Virus record (IMG/VR): IMGVR_UViG_3300018422_000001
Span: 1-64,000 of that record
Strand: one strand, 5' to 3'
From: a virus
DNA length: 64,000 bases
Of the stretch, positions 55,024 to 63,913 are shown piece by piece. Numbering within the stretch: the first letter of the stretch is position 1; each line of letters starts with the position of its first letter. The translations under genes were made by a program, and so were the position numbers. Below the pieces are notes generated by a model. That model worked only from the letters and a program-made list of their open reading frames with translations. It was not told the DNA's origin and searched no databases.

Positions 55024-57333
55024 ATGGGCATCTCTGGGAAGCAGATCCTCGACTACACGATCGGGGAAGCAAAGCTCGCGTTGGGTCTGTTGAACGCGGT
55101 GGCGAGCACGCGGCAAGCGTGCCGCGTCACAACGGCATTGCCCATGCGATGGTGGTGGGGCGTCGCGTCATCAGCAGACGGGTCGAGGCTTGTCGCTTGC
55201 GATGGCTGGGACGGTTATGTCTACACCAGTCCCGATAGCGGAGCCACTTGGATTCAACGGCCCGCGGCGGGGCGAGCGTTTGAATGGTATGCGGTAGCCT
55301 CATCGTCCGACGGTATGAAGCTTGTAGCGATCGCGCTCAATGGCTACGTCTGTACCAGTGACGACGGCGGAGCTACTTGGACTGAGCGCACGGCTCTAGG
55401 CGTTGGTGTTTGGAACTCTGTAGCGTCATCCGCCGACGGTACGAAACTCGTCGTGACAGACAACTCGCCTGGCTATCTGTACACGAGTGCAGATAGCGGC
55501 GCGACATGGACGCAGAGGACCGCGTTCGGGATGCGCAATTGGCACGGTGTCGCCTCATCCGATGATGGCTCTAAGCTCGTCGCTGTCGTTTACGAGGGCT
55601 ACATCTATACGAGCACCGATAGCGGTGCGACGTGGACTGAGCGTGTGTCATCTGGCTCTCGTCTCTGGGCAGGTGTTGCGTCATCGTCAGATGGTACGAA
55701 GCTCGTCGCGTGTGAAGAGAATGGCTATGTCTATACCAGCACCGATAGCGGTGCTACTTGGACCGAGCGCACATCGGCGTATTCTGATGCGTGGCTAACC
55801 GTTGTGTCATCGTCAGATGGTGAGAAGCTCGTCGCTGCTTCCCGCAACGGCTACATCTATACGAGCACCGATAGCGGTGCGACGTGGACTGAGCGTGTGT
55901 CCGCGAGTGCTCGAGCATGGCGCGGAATCGCTATGTCTTCGGATGGCACGAAGCTCGTTGCGTGCGTCGAGGAAGGCTACATTTACACCAGCACCGATAG
56001 CGGGGCGAGTTGGGAGCGACGCCCAAATTTCAAGATCACGCTAGCGGGCAGCGCGCCCGATAAGCTCGACGAGGTATGGCTCGAAGTCGGCGATCGAATC
56101 CTGGTCAAAGATCAGTTCAGTGCTCACCAGAACGGCATTTACACGGTTGTGGATGTCGGCGATGGCGCGAGTGGCACATGGACACGCGCCGACGATGCAT
56201 CGACGTCCGAGCAACTCGTAGCCGGGCAACAAGTCTCTGTGACAGAGGGAGCTGTTCACGCCGGCACGCGGTGGATGCTCACAGCAAGCGAACCGATAAC
56301 AATCGACACAACCCCGCTCGGATACGTCACAGAGCCACACGGCAACCATGCGGGCGGCGAGCTGCACGCTGTCGCAACAGTCGAGGCAAACGGATTTTTG
56401 AGCGCGGCAGACAAGGCCAAGCTCGACGAGATCACGCTTGCTGGACTTGCTGGAGCAGGTCTTACGACGATCGGCACGTCGCTCAACCTTGTTGCCTCGG
56501 ACCCATCAATCATCGTAGGCACCGACACCTTGAGAGTTGGCGTGCTTCAGAATGACACGCAGCACGGAGCACGTGGCGGCAGCTCGCAGCACGCGGCTGC
56601 GACGACGTCGGTTGCCGGCTTTCTCAGCGCCGCAGATAAAACGAAGCTCGACGCGATCGAGGCGGGCGCACAAGTCACGAGTGCGGCACGCGTGCTGACA
56701 GCGCTTGCAGGCGCGGCGGGCGACGTCGCTGTCAACTCGCGCAAGATCACCGGCCTCGGTACGCCAACCGCGAGCACGGATGCGGCGACGAAGGCGTATG
56801 CGGACACGGCTGCGAGCACAGCTGTGTCGACTCACGCGGCTCTCGGCACCGGGCATCCCGTCGCGACAGGCAGTGTGAACGGCATGATGAGTGCCGCCGA
56901 CAAGACGGCGCACGACGCGAACGTCACCAAGCTCGCGACGCTCGCAGCGGGGCAGGCGGCGACTCTCGGCCGCCTGACCGTCGACTCGATCCTCGAGACG
57001 CCTCTCGCGGTCGCCTATGCAGCTGCCATCGCGCTCGACATCGGCGCCAAGAACGACCACGCCATCGGGCTTCTGACTGGTCCCGTTACCTTCACGTTCC
57101 TCAATGCAGCTCCCGGTCGTCAGGGCCTCATCATCGTTCGGCAAGACGAGGTCGGGGCCCGCGCCGTCACATTCACGGCGCCGGCAGGATACGTGCTCAT
57201 GCGTGATTCGGACGCCGCAGATCTCGCCGCCGCACCGGAGGTCGGACGCGTCACCATGTGGGCGTACGCGTGCTTTTCTGTCGGCGGGATTCTCGTGTTT
57301 CACGTCGCACGAACGATCATGGTGGAAGCCTGA
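55024..57333 (+). CDS. tail fibre with seven-bladed Asp-box (BNR) beta-propeller and GxxSAADKxKLD repeats
   Basis: Seven ~42-aa repeats W.GVASS.DG.KLVA....GY.YTS.DSGATWTER. Three GFLSAADK(A/T)KLD-type motifs. Confidence 0.8.
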   Translation: MGISGKQILDYTIGEAKLALGLLNAVASTRQACRVTTALPMRWWWGVASSADGSRLVACDGWDGYVYTSPDSGATWIQRPAAGRAFEWYAVASSSDGMKLVAIALNGYVCTSDDGGATWTERTALGVGVWNSVASSADGTKLVVTDNSPGYLYTSADSGATWTQRTAFGMRNWHGVASSDDGSKLVAVVYEGYIYTSTDSGATWTERVSSGSRLWAGVASSSDGTKLVACEENGYVYTSTDSGATWTERTSAYSDAWLTVVSSSDGEKLVAASRNGYIYTSTDSGATWTERVSASARAWRGIAMSSDGTKLVACVEEGYIYTSTDSGASWERRPNFKITLAGSAPDKLDEVWLEVGDRILVKDQFSAHQNGIYTVVDVGDGASGTWTRADDASTSEQLVAGQQVSVTEGAVHAGTRWMLTASEPITIDTTPLGYVTEPHGNHAGGELHAVATVEANGFLSAADKAKLDEITLAGLAGAGLTTIGTSLNLVASDPSIIVGTDTLRVGVLQNDTQHGARGGSSQHAAATTSVAGFLSAADKTKLDAIEAGAQVTSAARVLTALAGAAGDVAVNSRKITGLGTPTASTDAATKAYADTAASTAVSTHAALGTGHPVATGSVNGMMSAADKTAHDANVTKLATLAAGQAATLGRLTVDSILETPLAVAYAAAIALDIGAKNDHAIGLLTGPVTFTFLNAAPGRQGLIIVRQDEVGARAVTFTAPAGYVLMRDSDAADLAAAPEVGRVTMWAYACFSVGGILVFHVARTIMVEA

Positions 57334-58160
57334 TGCTTCCGGGTAGACCGGCGTTCGTCGCGCGTGCACGCGGTTCGGCACTCGCCTTGCCAGCGCGGCC
57401 GATCGATATCGTCGGATCGAAGCTGCTACTCGATCTCGATAGCCGTTATGTCTCGCTGAGCGTCGGAACCAAGATCGCGCAGTGGCGTGACCAGAGTTCG
57501 TACGGGCATCACGTCCTACAGGGCACATCACTCAACCAACCGACTCACCAGGTGCCGCTTGCGGGGCTCACGTTCGACGGCAAACCGGCGGTTCGGTTTA
57601 CCAACATCACCAACACGACCTATCTCGACGGTGCGATTGCGCCCGGGCTGTTGACTATCGGCGACACACCGTACCTCTACGTCGTCACTCGAGCATGGCA
57701 GACGGGCGGATATGTGCATCCTGCATTCGGGCTGATCGCGATCAGTGAAGACGGGACACCTGCTACAGAGATCCGCTTGGGCAAAACGACCGGCTTCTCG
57801 ATGTCGATGAAGGGCACGGACTACGTAGCCAACATCAGCACCAATAACGCGTTGTACTACGCGTGGCCCATGGAAATGATGGGCAAGTTCATTGGGGCTA
57901 CGATGCATCTCAATATCAGCTGGTTTCAGCTGCCGTCGACGCATCATGCGAATCCGTGGGCCAATAGCGTCAGCACTCCGCCTGGACTGGTGAACGCGCT
58001 CACGCAGCTCTCAATCGGGCGCAGCTTCGCGGGGATCGGCGGACGCATGGATGTCTTTCGCATCCTGGTTGTCAATCCCGCGCCTAGTCCGGAGGAGCAC
58101 GTCGCGATCCGAAACTGTCTGCGCCGCGAATATCCGTCCTTCATTGCAACCGCCTCTTGA
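57333..58160 (+). CDS. hypothetical fibre-associated protein (275 aa)
   Basis: ATG 57333 overlaps the fibre TGA. Confidence 0.5.
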   Translation: MLPGRPAFVARARGSALALPARPIDIVGSKLLLDLDSRYVSLSVGTKIAQWRDQSSYGHHVLQGTSLNQPTHQVPLAGLTFDGKPAVRFTNITNTTYLDGAIAPGLLTIGDTPYLYVVTRAWQTGGYVHPAFGLIAISEDGTPATEIRLGKTTGFSMSMKGTDYVANISTNNALYYAWPMEMMGKFIGATMHLNISWFQLPSTHHANPWANSVSTPPGLVNALTQLSIGRSFAGIGGRMDVFRILVVNPAPSPEEHVAIRNCLRREYPSFIATAS

Positions 58161-58178
58161 AGAAAGCAGGGTCTGAAC

Positions 58179-58538
58179 ATGGCTCGAGAGTATCTAGTTG
58201 TGCCAGCGAGTGAAGGGCAAGACGCGCGCGAAGCGCTCGGGCGTCTCTACGCCGAATCACTGGGTCTACCCTGGCCGATCCGAGCGCAGAATGCGGAGCC
58301 AGATGATCACTCTGGCGACACGCTCTATTACATCAACCCTGCAGCAAGCGTCGATGAAACGGAGGCTGCGTTCGGCCCGCGCGATGAGGTGCTCGACTAT
58401 TGCCTCGGCAAGATGATCTCGCTGACATCGGGCAGCTACACGTTGCCGTCGACGTTTACAACGTTGCCCGATAACTGGTTTCTCGATCCGCCCGCGCCCG
58501 AAGAGGAGGAATACCCGTCTGCGCCGCCCGAAGGCTGA
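58179..58538 (+). CDS. hypothetical protein (119 aa)
   Basis: ORF track. Confidence 0.5.
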   Translation: MAREYLVVPASEGQDAREALGRLYAESLGLPWPIRAQNAEPDDHSGDTLYYINPAASVDETEAAFGPRDEVLDYCLGKMISLTSGSYTLPSTFTTLPDNWFLDPPAPEEEEYPSAPPEG

Positions 58539-58541
58539 TCC

Positions 58542-58877
58542 ATGACTACTAACCAGCTGCTTACCTATCGCGCGATCGTAACCGACTCTAACCTCGAGCC
58601 GATCACGCTCGACGTTCGCAGAGGCGGCGCTCCCGTCGATCTGACGATCTTCACAGGAACGATCACGATTCGCGACGAACGATCGGCTGCACTGATTGCG
58701 GAGAACTTGCCTGTGGCGCTCAACGCGAATGGCCGAGCTGAGTATTATTTCACCGCAGAGCAGGTTGCGCTGATCACGAAAGATAGCGTGTGGCTTGTCG
58801 AATGGAAGATCGTCGCGCCCGATGGCAAAGCTCACAGGTTGTACAAGGCGCGGCTGCCGGTGCGCGTGAAACTGTGA
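58542..58877 (+). CDS. hypothetical protein (111 aa)
   Basis: ORF track. Confidence 0.5.
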   Translation: MTTNQLLTYRAIVTDSNLEPITLDVRRGGAPVDLTIFTGTITIRDERSAALIAENLPVALNANGRAEYYFTAEQVALITKDSVWLVEWKIVAPDGKAHRLYKARLPVRVKL

Positions 58878-59353
58878 ACGTAGGTAGGAAGGTCATCGCT
58901 GTTATGGCTCTCGCCTCACTCGCAGGGTGCGCGACAGCGGGACAGACACGGCTGTCGCGAGCACAGAACGCAAGCGACTCGATGCGCGAAATGCTCGTGC
59001 TCGTCGACGAAGAAGCCGCGAAGATCTTCTCGATCGCTGCAGCGAAAGCAGACCGCGAGCATCCCGACGACGATGCTGCATACGATCGCGTGATGGAGAG
59101 CTTCGAGAACGTCAACCGCGTGATCGAAGCAGCGCGGCTCGAGCACGCATTGTTGAGCGTCGCGGTCGGGCAATGGGAACAGGATCCGAGTGGTCGAGAG
59201 CGTTGGTACGACGTGTTGCCGTGCGCGTTGGTGACAGTCGAGACGCTTGCGGCCGTGCTCACGGAACCACTTCGCGGCGCGGCGTTGGCCGTTGCTCGGC
59301 AACTCAGAGCGTTGCGGCCAGCGCATTGGCAAGAGTGCCGGAGGCAGCCATGA
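58874..59353 (+). CDS. predicted lipoprotein (159 aa)
   Basis: GTGA-coupled start. Signal peptide with lipobox VIAVMALASLAGCAT. Confidence 0.6.
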   Translation: MNVGRKVIAVMALASLAGCATAGQTRLSRAQNASDSMREMLVLVDEEAAKIFSIAAAKADREHPDDDAAYDRVMESFENVNRVIEAARLEHALLSVAVGQWEQDPSGRERWYDVLPCALVTVETLAAVLTEPLRGAALAVARQLRALRPAHWQECRRQP

Positions 59354-59553
59354 AAGAGATCGTGAGCGAGATTCTGTTTTCGCGCGTGCCTAGGATGCTC
59401 AAGATCCTTTTCACAGGCCAAGACATCGAAGCCGAGCCGAAGGAACAGCGACGCGTGCAGGGCCCGTTGCCGCCGTCGAAGGCCGAGCAAATCTTGCTCG
59501 ATGCAAGGCGCGATCGCGCCGCTCGACAAGCTGCGAAGAAGAGCGAGCCATGA
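59350..59553 (+). CDS. small hypothetical protein (67 aa)
   Basis: ATGA-coupled. Confidence 0.45.
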   Translation: MKEIVSEILFSRVPRMLKILFTGQDIEAEPKEQRRVQGPLPPSKAEQILLDARRDRAARQAAKKSEP

Positions 59554-59936
59554 GTTTCGGGATCGCGAGCTATGGGGCCGATTCTTACGGGCTCGGTGCG
59601 AACGTCGGATCGGCGCCGTTGATCTATGCTTGGGTGCCGAGTGTCGGACTGCAGATCGCGCGACTGGACTGGATCGGCTTCACCGTCGCCTCGAGCAGAC
59701 CTCTCGCATCGGTGATCGTGCGTGTGATCTACCAGTCTGGGATCACGGAGCCCGTCTACGCAGAGGGTGCCTTCTCGGGCCTCTACTGGCGCGGCAGTGC
59801 TGCGATCGAGATCGGCGCCGGGCTACGGTTCGTCTGCCGGCGCGCGGGCGGCTGGCCGGCTGCGAGGTTCCGCTTGCATGTGCGGGCCGAAGACGATCTC
59901 GGGCGAGTCTCGATCGGGCGAGGGGACTACACATGA
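59550..59936 (+). CDS. hypothetical baseplate-module protein (128 aa)
   Basis: ORF track. ATGA-coupled. Confidence 0.5.
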   Translation: MSFGIASYGADSYGLGANVGSAPLIYAWVPSVGLQIARLDWIGFTVASSRPLASVIVRVIYQSGITEPVYAEGAFSGLYWRGSAAIEIGAGLRFVCRRAGGWPAARFRLHVRAEDDLGRVSIGRGDYT

Positions 59937-60427
59937 GCGCGCCTGCTTGGCAGATCCTTCCGGATCCCATCACACCCGACCTCGAGAGCGCGGCGATCAC
60001 GCACGCCGACACAGGCCGATCGCTCTCGATCGGCTTCTCGGGCCGCGGCTTGCTCGTGCCGTTTCAGCGCGACGGCAAGTCGGATTTTCGATCGGGCGTC
60101 TCGGCGGAGCTGACACAGTCTGCGGTCTCGCTCGTGCTCGGTACGATCTGCGGCTCGGCTACAACGCAGGGCGAATTGCCGTGGCGTACAGAATTTGGCT
60201 CGCTCATCCACCTCTTGAGGATGCGCTCGAATAGCCCGGCGCTGGCCGAGCTGTCGCGCAGCGTGATCGAGCAAGCGCTCGCTCAGTGGGTCCCATGGGT
60301 GCAGCTTCGTCGGATCGAGGTGAGCGCGCGCGCGGACCGACAGACGGTGCTGATCGCCTACGATTCGGTCGATCCATCGGGCCGTGTGTTGGTGCCCGGA
60401 CTAGAGACGCGAGTCGCGCTCGGTTAG
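59933..60427 (+). CDS. baseplate wedge protein gpW / gp25-like
   Basis: SAVSLVLGTICGSATTQGELPWRTEFGSLIHLLRMRSN matches the GPW/gp25 core pattern. Confidence 0.7.
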   Translation: MSAPAWQILPDPITPDLESAAITHADTGRSLSIGFSGRGLLVPFQRDGKSDFRSGVSAELTQSAVSLVLGTICGSATTQGELPWRTEFGSLIHLLRMRSNSPALAELSRSVIEQALAQWVPWVQLRRIEVSARADRQTVLIAYDSVDPSGRVLVPGLETRVALG

Positions 60428-60456
60428 CCTCTGGGTTTGTAACCCCGGGGCCACAT
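60426..60456. repeat. 18-bp palindrome family copy f (inverted orientation relative to copy e)
   Basis: Reverse complement begins ATGTGGCCCCGGGGTTACAA, identical over 20 nt to copy e. Confidence 0.8.
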
Positions 60457-60457
60457 C

Positions 60458-61951
60458 TTGAGTCTGATCCGACCATCGCTCGACTACACCTCGAAGGACT
60501 TCGACGCTCTGCGCGCGAGGCTCTTCAATCTGGTCGACTCAGCCTTTCCTGAGTGGACCGACAAGCAAGTAGCCAGTTTCGGCAACGTGCTGATCGAGAT
60601 GTTCGCTTTCACGGGCGATGTGCTCGGCTTTTACCAAGACTCGCAGGCCAAAGAGAGCCGATGGTCAACGGCGCAGCTCCGGCGCTCGATGCTCGGTCTG
60701 GTCAAGCTCATCGGATACGCCGCTCGAGGAACTAGCGCGGCAACGGCCGACATCACGCTGCAGCTTGCGGCACCTCCGGTCGGCGCGGTGACGATCGAGA
60801 TCGGCGACACCTTTCGCACGCTCGAGGCCGCCGACGCGATCGTGTTCCAGGCGATCACCGGAGCCGTGATTGCTGCCGGCGCGGATCCGCCTGTCGCGAC
60901 GCTCACGGTCGAGCACAGTGCGCCAAGCAACGAGGTCCTGCAGTCGACCGAGTTGGCCGATCAAGAGTACATGCTCAACGACTCGCCATTTCTAGACGGC
61001 TCGCTTGCGATTCTGGCGAGCGACGGGCCCTACACGCTCGTCGAGGATCTGCTTAGTTCGGTCGCGACCGACAAGCATGCGACGGTGACGGTCGACGAAA
61101 ACGATCGGGCTCACGTGCGATTCGGAGATGGTTCGCTCGGGTCGATCCCGACCGGCGCGATCACCTTCGTCTACAAGACGGGCGGCGGCTCGCGGGGCAA
61201 CGTCGAGCAAAACTCGATTCGGCGGCCTGGAAAAGCCTACGTCGACACGTTTGGCAACCCGGTCAATGTGACGGTTACCAACTCGCAGAAGGCGTCGGGC
61301 GGTCTCGAGCGGCAGACGGTCGAGGGTATCCGGGGAAGCGCGCCTAGAAGCTTGAGGGCGCCTACGCGGACCGTGTGCCGAGAGGACTACGAGATCAACG
61401 CGCTACGTGTCTCGGGCGTGGCTCGCGCTCTGATGGTGACGAACGACGAGAAGCCGAGCGTGCTCGAGAATCAGGGCGAGCTGTACATCGTGCCATCGGG
61501 CGGCGGCGCGCCTTCGTCGACGATGATCGCGGCGGTGATGCACATGTGCACGGTGACCTATCCGAACGGGATCACCTTCCGCTTGCACGTGTACGGGGCT
61601 GAGTATCTACCGATCCACGTGAGCGCTCGAGTGCATCTCGCTCGAGGCGCAACCCCGGGGGCCGTCGGCCCGGCATGCCGGGCCGCACTCGCGAAATTCT
61701 TTTCGACACTCGCGCCCGACGGTTCCGAAAACGAGTCGATCAACTTCGGATTCTACCTCGATGGCGCGCTCGCATGGAGCGACATCTTCAACGCGGTTCG
61801 AGACACGCCGGGCATCCGGAAGGTCGACGACGGTTACAGTGCTTTCACGCTCAACGGGCAACATGACGATGTCGACGTGCTGCCGCAACAGTTCCCGATC
61901 CTCGGCACAGTTACACTCGTCGATGCCAAGACCGGGATCCCGTTGCCGTGA
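60458..61951 (+). CDS. baseplate J-like protein
   Basis: RPSLDYTSKDFDALRARLFNLVDSAFPEWTD...NVLIEMFAFTGDVLGFYQD. TTG start per ORF track. Confidence 0.8.
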   Translation: MSLIRPSLDYTSKDFDALRARLFNLVDSAFPEWTDKQVASFGNVLIEMFAFTGDVLGFYQDSQAKESRWSTAQLRRSMLGLVKLIGYAARGTSAATADITLQLAAPPVGAVTIEIGDTFRTLEAADAIVFQAITGAVIAAGADPPVATLTVEHSAPSNEVLQSTELADQEYMLNDSPFLDGSLAILASDGPYTLVEDLLSSVATDKHATVTVDENDRAHVRFGDGSLGSIPTGAITFVYKTGGGSRGNVEQNSIRRPGKAYVDTFGNPVNVTVTNSQKASGGLERQTVEGIRGSAPRSLRAPTRTVCREDYEINALRVSGVARALMVTNDEKPSVLENQGELYIVPSGGGAPSSTMIAAVMHMCTVTYPNGITFRLHVYGAEYLPIHVSARVHLARGATPGAVGPACRAALAKFFSTLAPDGSENESINFGFYLDGALAWSDIFNAVRDTPGIRKVDDGYSAFTLNGQHDDVDVLPQQFPILGTVTLVDAKTGIPLP

Positions 61952-62760
61952 TCGACAATCCATCGTTCGAAACGATGCTCGACGGCGGGCACCCGGGTCG
62001 CGCTGAAAGCTGGACCGCGGCGACGATCGGCGCGCTCGAGGTCACGGCCGAGTTCACAGGCGATCTCGGTCTCGCATTCTCGGGACACGAGTCGTTCGAG
62101 CACGGCTGGAGCGCGCTCAACCCGCAAACCTTGCTCACGGGCGACGACGCGTTCGATATCGGCTCGCGTCTTGGCGACTCATTCGAAACGCGGTGGTCTC
62201 CGCTCAACGATCAACAGACGACGATCCTCACGGCTCTGTCGGCAGCTGTCTTCGCGACACCGGTGCAAACCGTCGAGACCTTCGAGGATGGTTGGAAGGT
62301 CTTCGACGCGACTCTGCTCTTCGCACTCGGTCCGACCGCAGCATTGGCCGTCGAGAGCTTCAGCGATTGGGCCCCCGGTGCGAGCGTGCTAGGCGCGACG
62401 GCGGCGGCATCGTTTGGCGCTGCAGGACTCGGCACGAGCCCGGCTTCGCCCTCTGCAGTGGAACAGTTCGAGTTGCGCGTGAGGCAGCTCGTGACGATCG
62501 ATGCGGACGACGACAGCGTGCGGTCGCTCGTGCCGTTTCAGCTCGTGACGGGCGATGCCGTGAGTTTCGCGGTCGAGCGAGGCGAGCTGCCCTCGCCGAT
62601 CTCGGCGACCGAGACTTATCTCGTCGATCTCGGCGGGCATCTCAACAAGCTCACGATCCGAACGACCGCAGATGCGTCCGAGGTCGAGATCACGGACTAC
62701 GGGTCCGGAGTGCACTACGTGATCGCGGATCCTGGTAGGTTCTGGATCGATGCGTTGTAA
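61948..62760 (+). CDS. hypothetical baseplate/tail protein (270 aa)
   Basis: GTGA-coupled to the gpJ-like gene. Confidence 0.5.
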   Translation: MIDNPSFETMLDGGHPGRAESWTAATIGALEVTAEFTGDLGLAFSGHESFEHGWSALNPQTLLTGDDAFDIGSRLGDSFETRWSPLNDQQTTILTALSAAVFATPVQTVETFEDGWKVFDATLLFALGPTAALAVESFSDWAPGASVLGATAAASFGAAGLGTSPASPSAVEQFELRVRQLVTIDADDDSVRSLVPFQLVTGDAVSFAVERGELPSPISATETYLVDLGGHLNKLTIRTTADASEVEITDYGSGVHYVIADPGRFWIDAL

Positions 62761-62784
62761 ACCCTCTGCGCGGATGGAACACAC

Positions 62785-63516
62785 ATGGCCTCACTCGATT
62801 GGTCGCCTCTCAGCGGAGGACTGACAGACAGCAACGTCAAGCGAGGCGCGACGGCGGGCGCGACTGCACCGAACGGCGGCGGCTCGTACGTGTTCGGCAT
62901 GCACTCGATCGCGAACGTCGCAGGCGCGGTCGGAATGCACTGCGTTCTGACTGACTTCAATCCGACCGCGAAAGGCGGTCGGATCACCGGCGCGATCCGC
63001 CGCGGTGTCGTCGGCGGCGCGAGTGGCTTCGCGCCGTTCCTGTTCATGATGGCGGCTGGCGACAACGTCTCGGATGCCGCATACATCCTCGGCTTGTCCG
63101 ATGAAGCGGCGTCACACGTCGAGTTGCGAAAGGGCGCGATCTCACAAGGGCTGCCGGATGCAGCTGTTGATCCGGATGCAGTGCCAAACATCCTGATGCG
63201 CTCGACCGATACATGGCAGCAAGACGTGTGGCAACACCTGCGCCTCGATGTCATCGCGCAAGGCAACGGCGACGTCGTGCTGCAGGTCTATCGCTCGGAC
63301 CTTCTGACGCGACCAGTGCACTCGCCGATCTGGTCGCTTGTGCCGGGCATGGAAGGTCCGTTTCACCCATCGGTGATCGGCTTCGTCGACGACGCACTCG
63401 GGATCAACACGGGCTCGGCTCCGCTCACAGGTGGGCGAGTCGGATTCGGCGCGCGATTCGAGACAGCGAATCGCGCTTGCTTCGTCGATCACGTGAGCAT
63501 CGAACGCCAACTCTGA
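62785..63516 (+). CDS. hypothetical protein, possibly lectin/LamG-like jelly-roll
   Basis: ORF track. C-terminal GRVGFGARFETANRACFVDHVSIE pattern. Weak. Confidence 0.4.
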   Translation: MASLDWSPLSGGLTDSNVKRGATAGATAPNGGGSYVFGMHSIANVAGAVGMHCVLTDFNPTAKGGRITGAIRRGVVGGASGFAPFLFMMAAGDNVSDAAYILGLSDEAASHVELRKGAISQGLPDAAVDPDAVPNILMRSTDTWQQDVWQHLRLDVIAQGNGDVVLQVYRSDLLTRPVHSPIWSLVPGMEGPFHPSVIGFVDDALGINTGSAPLTGGRVGFGARFETANRACFVDHVSIERQL

Positions 63517-63526
63517 TCGAGGTGAC

Positions 63527-63913
63527 TTGAACGTCTTCGACAAGGATCTCGGTGTCCATCAGGGTCGCATACCTGCGGCAACGGGCGGCTTCGTCTACGA
63601 GTTGGGGCACGCTCTCTTAGCCGACGTCAACGTTGCCCCCGGCGACATGCACGAGGTCTCGCAGACATTCGTGATGCAAGCGGGCATGCGAGTGTTGAGC
63701 GCTCATGTGCGAATCGTCACGCCACAAGAGTTGCCGGTCGGTCTCGTGTGGTCGTTCACGATCTGGCTCAACGATTGGTGTGTGGTCTCGCGCCTGCTCT
63801 ATCCAGCGAAGCGAGTGATCGTGCTCGACGACATGCGCGTGAGCTTGAGGCCAGCGTTCGCAGCACCGGCGCCGAACACGATCCGGTTTTGTTTGGAGCT
63901 TGAGACCACGTGA
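63527..63913 (+). CDS. hypothetical protein (128 aa)
   Basis: ORF track. GAGGT before TTG 63527. Confidence 0.45.
   Translation: MNVFDKDLGVHQGRIPAATGGFVYELGHALLADVNVAPGDMHEVSQTFVMQAGMRVLSAHVRIVTPQELPVGLVWSFTIWLNDWCVVSRLLYPAKRVIVLDDMRVSLRPAFAAPAPNTIRFCLELETT

Noticed and set aside
55597-55901. A diversity-generating retroelement (template/variable repeat pair) acting on the fibre gene.
   Set aside because: The two 53-nt blocks are 100% identical with no adenine-specific differences. Both lie inside the same propeller repeat series. No reverse transcriptase gene is present in the window.
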